A DNA stretch of 64,000 nucleotides. It comes from Octopus sinensis (lineage: Eukaryota). Location: contig NC_043007.1 in assembly GCF_006345805.1 (NCBI RefSeq), positions 66,774,001-66,838,000 on the forward strand. Direction: 5' to 3'. Below the pieces are notes generated by a model. It worked only from the letters and a program-made list of their open reading frames with translations, was not told the DNA's origin and made no database searches. The position numbers and the translations under genes are program-made. Below, one piece after another: positions 54,612 through 64,000 of this stretch (its first letter is position 1; every line of letters starts with the position of its first letter).

Positions 54612-54764
54612 ATGTATGTGTGCTTTTTTATATGAAATATAATTTTTTAATGTTCTTTTTTAAAAGTACTTTGATGAATTTAATAGAATATAGATCGACA
54701 TACACATTACAATTTTCAGATAGAACGAATTTCTTTTTGTGATTTGTCTCAGTTCGTTTAATAT

Positions 54765-55000
54765 TACATATATATACATATATATACATATATTACATAT
54801 ATATATATGCATATATATAGACAAATATATGCTACATATTATATATCAACGTATATATATATTTCATATATATATACGTACATACACACACACATATATA
54901 TATATATTACATGTATATATATTATCTATATATACATATATGTATACGTATATACGTATATATATTTATTGTGTGTGTGTATGTATATAATATGTATGTT

Positions 55001-55031
<31 letters not shown>

Positions 55032-56051
55032 GCATTTATGTACATATATATATAATATATGTGTGTGTATATATATATAAGTATATATATATATGTATAT
55101 ATATGTATATATATGTATATATATATGTGTATATGTATATATATATGTATATGTGTATATGTATATATACATATGTATATATATGTACGTATGTATGTAT
55201 ATATATATATGTATATATATGTATGTATATATGTATGTATATATATATATATATATTATATATATAGATATAGATATATATTTATATATGTATATGCATA
55301 TGTATGTATGTATATGTATATGTATGTATTTCCTTTGTTTAAAATTAATCAATTTAAATATTCTCCTCTTCCCAGCTATTATCTCCAGTACGCAGCTCCG
55401 GAAAAAAATAATAAACGGAAAAATAAAAATAAAATACATATGGAAAAGAATGGGATATCGAAGAGTATGAAGCTTATTAACCCCTTAAATAAAATCTGAA
55501 AACTTAAAAACTACATTAGCAAACAAGCAAATATATAAATACATAAATAAACGAATAATCAGTTTGTTTCTTCCTTACTTAAAAAAAAATTGTCGCAGCA
55601 ATAATATCAACACCAAACCCCTTGGGTTTTGGGGGGGGGTTTGGGTTGTTTTTTTTTTTTTGTATTAAATGCAAGCGTAAAATACATATATAAACTGAAA
55701 TAAAGACAATGTGAAATTATGAATGGATACAAGGGAAAAGTAAATACTGAACAATAAAAATGCAAAAATATTTATAATGAATAAATTGAAATCACTTGAA
55801 GATAAAGCCATTGCAGAGAACGGAACAATTAACAAATATTTTCTCGTCTCATTTAAACCTTGTGAATAACAGTGATATCTAAAACATGAAATATTGTAGC
55901 CTAGGAAAATATGTGACAAGTTATTTGTTAAGTACGACCTTTGCGGGTATTGATGTCGGTAAGTATATGTGTGTATATACATATGTATACATATATATAT
56001 ATGTACATATACATCTATGCATACATATAGGCTTGCATGCATATATCTATG

Positions 56052-56087
<36 letters not shown>

Positions 56088-56232
56088 ATATATATATAGA
56101 TATGTATATATATAATATATATATCATATATATATTTATATATATTGATATACATACATGTATGTATATGTGTGTGTAGAAAAGCATGATCACTTTTCCA
56201 GTTGAACGATCGGAAGTGTGTATGTATGTGTG

Positions 56233-56279
<47 letters not shown>

Positions 56280-56318
56280 GACACCACGTACATACACATT
56301 CATGAATACAAACATATT

Positions 56319-56358
<40 letters not shown>

Positions 56359-56475
56359 GTCTTTGCGTATGTATAATGTATATATTATATACATATATAT
56401 GTATATACATACATATATATATGCATATACCATATACATACATATATATATATATACATATATATGTATATATAT

Positions 56476-56527
<52 letters not shown>

Positions 56528-56700
56528 TGCATACATTATTTTATCTATATACGTATTTGTACGTATGAATAAACAAATATCCATTTGTATACGCAGAATC
56601 ACACAGACATTCACACATATATATACCTATACATTCATAGTATATGTGTGTATACACACATGCATATGCATACACACATATCCACATATATTTGTAATGG
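54765..56700. repeat. (TA)/(TG)/(TATG) compound microsatellite field, representative of dozens of such tracts in the window
   Basis: Direct reading. Confidence 0.85.
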
Positions 56701-57411
56701 ATTAAAATTAATTTCAATTTTGTTGGGTAATATGCTATGAATAAGTGATCGTCAACTTTCTGTATGGTAACAAAGACATAACTAACAAAATAATTTAAAC
56801 CGAAAACAATACAATAAATAATAGAACGTTTAATCTGATGGCAGAGAAACGACGGTGAATGTAAGATGACACACAAACTTCTCTTTTTATTGAATAAGAG
56901 ATAGATCTGTAATCTTTTCTTTTTTATATATATTTTATTTTATTCAGTATAACCTCTAGCGTCCTTTCAATTTTTCTATCAAACAAAAGACAGACATTGG
57001 GATTATACTTATTCAGATATAATACTGGCTTGATATTTTTTGTTGCTTTTGTTTTTGAGGTGAAATCGCCATTGTATAAAGGTTTATAGCCTTTTGTTTC
57101 TCCCTTTAATAGAAAGCTTTACTAAGTAAGTAACAAAAGTGTAATTGATATGTTTGGTTTAAAAAGTAGAAAAATCGAAGAGATTTATTACTCATTTTAT
57201 ATATTAATTAAAACTCGCTTTCTAATTTTCTCTCCCTTTTTTACTTATTCTTTTTCAGTTGTTTGAGCAATAATCTTTCCGTCTGCTCATGATTAATTAA
57301 TTAATTCTATTTATTTATTTACTTATTTTTGATGATACCCAAGGCCTAGAAATTTGTAGACGAAATGAAATGTAGAGTTCAATGGATCAAATCATGTAAA
57401 ATAGTTTATCC

Positions 57412-57482
<71 letters not shown>

Positions 57483-57843
57483 GTCCCTTTTCTAATTTGT
57501 AATAAAAGGCAATTCAAGCAGCAACGGTATTTGTTGTTTTTAGCCCCAAATCAGCTCTGCTTGAACACGATGTTCCAGCCCTAGCCATTACTATCTGCTT
57601 TTGTTTTTTTTTTTGTATATTCATGTCTACGTTGTTCAATGCCCTTTATTAGAAAAAAAAAGAATACCCGTGTATGATTAAAGTAGACTTGTCAGTTAAT
57701 TTTCATAGGCTGAGTAACTGTATAAAGGTTCCTTTTCTGATTCGAACTGTCGACCTATGTTTTTACTCCAAGATATATAAATTCCTCAATTGAGATGCAG
57801 TAAATAATCTTGTCCGGCATTGGTACTTCTCTGTCTGTCTGTT

Positions 57844-57941
<98 letters not shown>

Positions 57942-58262
57942 ATCGCACCCTCTACTGTCGGAGAAAATTGGGAAGTGCAGAGAAGACCTGTATCACCTAG
58001 GACTCTAAACCACAAGACGACGTTACACAAAAGTTCCTCCCTGAAATTCTACTGCTTTATGGCTGCTTAACAAAGTTCAATGCTAGAATTCTAGAAGACT
58101 AATAATGTATCACATTCACAAACTAAAATAAGTTTGTTAGCTGTTGTTTCGGGCTAAGCATTTTTTTTTTCACCTGAAAAGAATTTTTTTGCTTTTGTAT
58201 TTTTCCCTTTTGTCCTTTATTTTGAAAACGTTTTTAGTTTAATACATTGTTGTTGTTTAGAC

Positions 58263-58424
58263 CAGTGCTCTGCAACCGGTATGCTGCAGCACACTAGTGT
58301 ACCACGAGACGATTCTAGGTGTGCCGTAGTTTAACCTGAATATGATTCTTTTCCCTCAACTTTTAATCGTATTTTCAGTTCAGGTATGCTTCTGAATTTT
58401 GAAAAGAATTTAAGTGTAGCACTG
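58263..58424. mobile_element. hAT-family MITE remnant
   Basis: Ends CAGTGCT / AGCACTG with a perfect 8-bp target-site duplication GTTTAGAC (58255-58262 and 58425-58432). Confidence 0.8.
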
Positions 58425-58731
58425 GTTTAGACTAGTGTCAGAGCCTATCAATCAGAAGTATTAACTAGAGTAGAATTTTCTTGGTACTTCTTTGAAGCAA
58501 ATGGTCATATAACGTCTTTATTTTCCCTTGGCGATCTCGCTCGGCCTTTAGACATCACAATTTCTTCTCAAATGTCTTTTCCAGAGATCCAAGATATGAA
58601 GTGCCAGACCATGATGTTGTAAAAGTAGGATCATGAGTTGTGACGAAGAGTTTTGAAATTTCGAATGGAGTCAACAGATGCTTAAGTTCTTTTGAAGACC
58701 CTTGTACTTATCTTACAGTGTATATATATAT

Positions 58732-58765
<34 letters not shown>

Positions 58766-59002
58766 CATACATATAAGAGGGATGACCACTTATATATGTA
58801 TGTATGTAATATAATTTTTCTGAATCTTCAGATTTTTTATATGCTAGATTTTTTATATGCTAGGTTTTAAATTGATATTAATCAAATTAATATTCAATTT
58901 TTCACCCTTATTATTTTAATATATACATTTTAATATATATATATGTATTGAGAAGTCAAAACGTATAGTAATAAGCAAATGTCCGTTTGTTTATTACTAT
59001 AC

Positions 59003-59061
<59 letters not shown>

Positions 59062-60517
59062 AAGTAATCTTAACCACTTTCTGAGTGATTTATTGGTAAG
59101 AGGAGATTCCGATGTCTATCTGAATACACCAGTTTTCGTTTCTGTCTTTGGTAATTATATCTGTACTGTTCACATTGATTTCATTGGCAGACTATCAAAC
59201 TAGGTAGATAAGTACCAGTTTACTGCAGCCGGATCCCTGCCATGTACCAGGAAGTGTTTATTCAGTAGAACCTAACCCTAATATTTTACAGACACTCTGC
59301 CATTTCTTCCAGTTACTAACCTTAATTTTGATTTTACTTGGACATGTATCACATATTTTCTACATACTGGTTGTAGTCGCTTCAATCGAAACTGCTACTA
59401 TTAACTTGAGCATGTTTTATCAAGCATCGAGAGCTGAAAAACAGAATTGACTCTAACGCGAATAAAATTCAGAATTAATAAGGTAGCAAGGCATTTTGTT
59501 CAAAATTCTATTATTATTCCGCAATAATTTAATTGTGGTGTGGTAGTTTTGTAACAGAAAAACAACTTCATTTTTGCACCAAATATTCGTCTTCATAATG
59601 TGAGAAAATAAAGGAAATTATAAGGAATTTCAAACAGAACTGGTAAAATAAAGATGGCGTATCGGAAGTAAAAGATTGCTTTGTTCATGAACATACTAAC
59701 TTCAGTTCGCACAGACGTAAGAAAAAATAAAAATAAGTTCGAAGGTCGATTATTCACTCAAAGAAAATTCTTCCCTACAAACCTAGTTGGTTAGGTTAAA
59801 CTGAGAAATCAATATATTTCAATATTTTAATATTTTCCAATGTTTTAAAGAAGACGGAGGTAATGCATTGATAAGCTTCTGTTAATAGCCACAAGAAAAG
59901 TATGAACGCTAATTAATATCGTGTCTGGCCCCTCTTCCCTCTTTGTCATCATGAATTTCGAAAATTTTCGTTCGCGACTTGTCACACAGAAAATATTCTG
60001 CTATGACGTCATAATTTGCATTCATTTTAATTATTGAATCATTTAACTAATTTTATGAATACAAACAACGGTATTCTTTATTTTTATTTCATATCTTTAA
60101 TATTTCTACAGACATTAAACATTAAAATTGTACAGATAAATGTCTTGGCTATTAAATCTGAGACAACATTTGCCAACTTTAAAATTATATATATCGACTA
60201 CCGCTTTCTGTATTAAAATCAAAACAACATTGATTAACAGTAGAACTATATGGATTGGTGTCTTGTCTATAAAATCCCAAACAGCATTAACACTAGAATT
60301 ATATAAACTGTTGGTTTGCCTATTTAATCCAATACAGTTTTAGATTCTTCACCTACCAGTGTGCTAGACAGACAAGAAAGATCATATGCGTCACAAAATA
60401 CATTTTAGATAGTCCACATCGCGAAACACATTGTTTGATATCTAGGTAAGGAATTCGACAGAATTATTCTTCACGTACATATACATAATCATATAAGTTC
60501 CTGCACTCATACACAAT

Positions 60518-60582
<65 letters not shown>

Positions 60583-62247
60583 GTGACAATACATATTTGT
60601 GTGTGTATGGATATGTGTACAGCTATAACACAGCAATAACATGCATACACATTGTAGTGGAAATATACGTTTAGTATCGAGTATTGATATGGCTGCGTGT
60701 ATATTATTACAAGAATTCTCACAGAGAAGAAGAATAAATTTAAGAACTATATATTTACTACATAAAAATATATTTTATTTATTGGTCGATGATGGTATAT
60801 AATCAAGCTGTAGAATCTAGTTGAATGAAATAATCTATGCAACAAAGTTCAGAAATAGGTGGTTTTCAGTCATGTGGCGTAAAGAAATAGACGGACATAG
60901 CAATGACGTGAATGGCTCTAAGACTAATCGACTAAGAAGCGAAGAGCAGGGTTACCAAGCTGTTTTTTATTAATGGAACGCTAGACATTCTAGAAACTTC
61001 CAAGAAAAACGCTAAGCTTCTTGAATAATTAAGAATTACTTCTCATGATACAGATGCTTCGAGAAACTTAGTAAAGGGAGGTTACTCTATAAACCTTCTT
61101 GAGATAGATCATTCAACTATTGAGCTAGACTACTAGAGTATATAAGTATATATATGTGTGTATCTTTATATACACAGATACACATATGAAGCTACTCATG
61201 GGATTTCCCTAGTATCCATAAATTTATGAGTAGCATTGGAGAACTTTTCAACAGTCCTTGGCTTGGCTGTAAAAGATATTGCCTGTTCCAAATTAGCTCC
61301 ACAGACACAGAAAATCCAGCAGTGGAACCCCTCCATGATATGATCAGGGCGACGAAACCGTCCAAACGCACACTTGCTGACTTGAGATTTTGCATCGCCG
61401 TATAAGAGAGAACAGGCTATTAGCCGTTCTGTAGGAAATATTCATCTGCTGCCTTCCTTTAGCTAGCAAAGGCATTTTAGTTTCCATTACCCTGTAACTA
61501 TGGCGGAGTGAGTTGTATGATGCAGGCAGATAAAATGTTTTTGAGGTCAGAACTTTTCCTCTTTGGTGACGACCCCTGGTAACACAGAGGAGTGCGCACG
61601 TGTGTGTGTCTGTGCGCGCATGTGTGTGTGCATGTGTGAGTATGTGCGTGTGTGTGCGTGTGTGTGAGAGAGAAGGGGGAGGAGAGTGATCGAAGTTAAA
61701 TAGGCCAATTCTGATTATACAAAGGTAAACAGGAAGCAGGAGCCTGGATGTATTTCATACATCAGAGTATTCCAGATCCTCACTGTGAAGCAGATTCTAC
61801 CTAGGGCCCTCAGATGGTGTTTTTTCCTTCCTATATGGGCTCTTTTTCCTGTTGAAATTCTATTGTTTTGCATTCATTCTTTTGGGAATTTAATTATTTA
61901 ATTTTTTTTTGTAAATTATTGTTATTTTATTGCTTCTGCGTTAGACACCCCCTCCCCCACTTGCTCCTTGTTTTCGTATTGTCTTTTAATTGTGTTCGGT
62001 CCTTGTGGCCAATAAAGTAAAGAACGTCTATATTATTCAACTCGTTCTAGTGTTACGAACTGTTTTGTCCGTATGCTACGCTTACACTAAGGGAGATAAT
62101 AACTGAATGGGCTATATATATGTATATGTATGTATATATATATATATATAATATATATATATATATTATATATAATATATATATTATATATATTATATAT
62201 ATATATATATTATATATATATATGTATATGTATATATATATAGTGAC

Positions 62248-62381
62248 GCATATTTGCCGTTTGAATATGGCTAACCCATAAGGGTGGATGCTACTGTAGT
62301 TTGTAGCCCCAGGAAGATATCTCCTCCAGCTGGCTACAGACACACTATCTGTGTCCTCTCAGTATTGTGAAGGGGAGTCAT
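62248..62381 (-). mobile_element. Truncated copy of the HHR repeat family (3' module only)
   Basis: Reverse complement aligns with 45861-45992 (TAGCCAGCTGGAGGA..TCCTGG.GCTACAA..CCACCCTTA..GGTTAGCCATATT); embedded in (TA)n. Confidence 0.7.
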
Positions 62382-62405
62382 AAGATTTATCATTATTATA
62401 TATAT

Positions 62406-62448
<43 letters not shown>

Positions 62449-62462
62449 ATATATATATATAT

Positions 62463-62586
62463 GAATATAGGGAGAATTCACAAAAAAACAAAAGACGCAG
62501 ACAGGTGGTGTAGACAACAAATAGATGTATTAGTATAATGCTCGGGAAGTGAAAAAGTTTTTAACGTTTCGAGCCTACGCTCTTCC

Positions 62587-62587
<1 letters not shown>
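62463..62587 (-). mobile_element. Penelope-like terminal repeat fragment with the 3' half of a hammerhead-like motif
   Basis: Minus strand reads GAAGAGC-gtag-GCTC-GAAA-CG-TT, followed by sequence similar to 51460-51560; between (TA)n tracts. Confidence 0.45.
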
Positions 62588-62625
<38 letters not shown>

Positions 62626-63440
62626 AAGAGAGAGAGTGGGGAGGGGGAGAAGGAGAGAAGAGAGTACTAAGAGAGAGGAGGAGAAGTTCTCTATTATTCT
62701 GCATTTGTATTATCAAATCGCAGAAGCAGTCGAATGTTTAACGTAGTGATACAATGTCATGAAGATTTATAAATTAATGCATTAAAAGATATATAGATAA
62801 ATAGTTAAATTAAAGTGAAAGAACCTTAGTTAGCAAATAGCTGCGGATGCTACACTTTTATCTTTTATATGTGCCAGGCCAAAGGCCGTAGCTATGCTGG
62901 GGCACCGTAATTGTTCTTATTTTGTTATTTGGTTTAAATATTTATGCGTATTATGAGAGTAGGCAAATACACAAGGGAATGCAGACATAGCTAATTAGCT
63001 AGTTAGCAAGATTGATATCTCAAGATTGTACGGAGATGAATCTATAGATATATCAGCAGATATGCAGACAGAGAGATATTAATAGATATGTAAGTAGATA
63101 TGTAAGTGAACTGAACAGAAATGAAAAGAAGGTCGCGATTGGACAGCAAAAAGCGTAGATTTTTTTGATACATATATGAATAAGTTTTATAACTTTAATT
63201 AATTTGTTATTTCTTTAAACTATAAAGCATATCGTATCTGTCAAACATATAAAAAAAAATGGAAAATAAGCAATACGTTCTAAGTTCTACTTAGTTATAT
63301 TTCGAAGTACAATTTTGATTAAATGTCAGGATTTCAAAAGAATTTTTATTTTAATTCCTTGCTTGTGTTTAATATAACAATGTTTTCAAATATGCTGACT
63401 TACACAGTGGAATTTCCACAGGTCCTGCTAGTAAAAGATT

Positions 63441-63519
<79 letters not shown>

Positions 63520-63553
63520 GTTGTTGTTGTTGTTGTTATTATTGTTATTATTA

Positions 63554-63636
<83 letters not shown>

Positions 63637-63638
<2 letters not shown>

Positions 63639-63996
63639 TTGCCTCCGCCTTTGCCAAGGCGGAGGTATGTTTTCAGTTGTGTTTGTTTGTCCGAGGACAA
63701 GATATCTCAAGAACCGCTTGATGGATTCGAATGAAACTTTCAAGGATGTTTGGCATCGTGACTGGCACAAACTGATAAGATTTTGGGATCGATCCAGGGC
63801 CGGACAGGGATTCGGGATTATTTTTCATTATTTTTTAAACTTAATATTTAAGAGTGGTTGGGTTTATCTTTAGTATTCTCGTTTGTGAGAGCAATCGAGA
63901 TTATTTCAGATATTCTCATGTTGAAATTTATCTCTGGCTAATCGTTGAGAGGACGTTGGTGTTGCACTGGCGGTGGTTTGCGCTCTCTGAGTGCAC
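63637..63996 (+). mobile_element. Helentron-associated non-autonomous element (HINE/DINE-1-like)
   Basis: 5' subterminal CCTCCGCC with nearby inverted GGCGGAGG, a GTTT microsatellite, core CAAGATATCTCAAGAAC..GGATT..ATGAAACTT, a 3' sub-TIR GGCGGTGG and terminal hairpin GCGCTC-tct-GAGTGC. Confidence 0.7.
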
Positions 63997-64000
63997 TTGT

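Noticed and set aside
61540-62025. Possible LINE 3' end (..TGTGGCCAATAAAG)
   Set aside because: No ORF remnant or second copy to support it.

Overview
AT-rich, microsatellite-saturated animal genomic DNA; the SINE families and simple-repeat landscape suggest an octopus (inference). There is one credible protein-coding gene, an intronless INSM1/nerfin-family SNAG zinc-finger factor (15764-17806, +) with a long low-complexity linker between fingers 3 and 4. The rest is SINEs, decayed Tc1/mariner elements, MITEs, a non-autonomous Helitron, a Helentron-type element, LINE remnants, a U6 snRNA pseudogene and a 100-N gap. The most interesting signal is a family of hammerhead-ribozyme (HHR) repeats. 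A ~360-bp tandem-plus-inverted array at 51611-52853 carries three identical minimal type I hammerheads with a non-canonical U3:A8 core. A homologous dispersed copy at 45790-45992 has the canonical C3:G8 core, and a conserved structured module follows the ribozyme in both. This resembles a retrozyme or Penelope-like circular RNA system. All alignments and folds were done by eye, nothing was computed, and boundaries of decayed elements are approximate.
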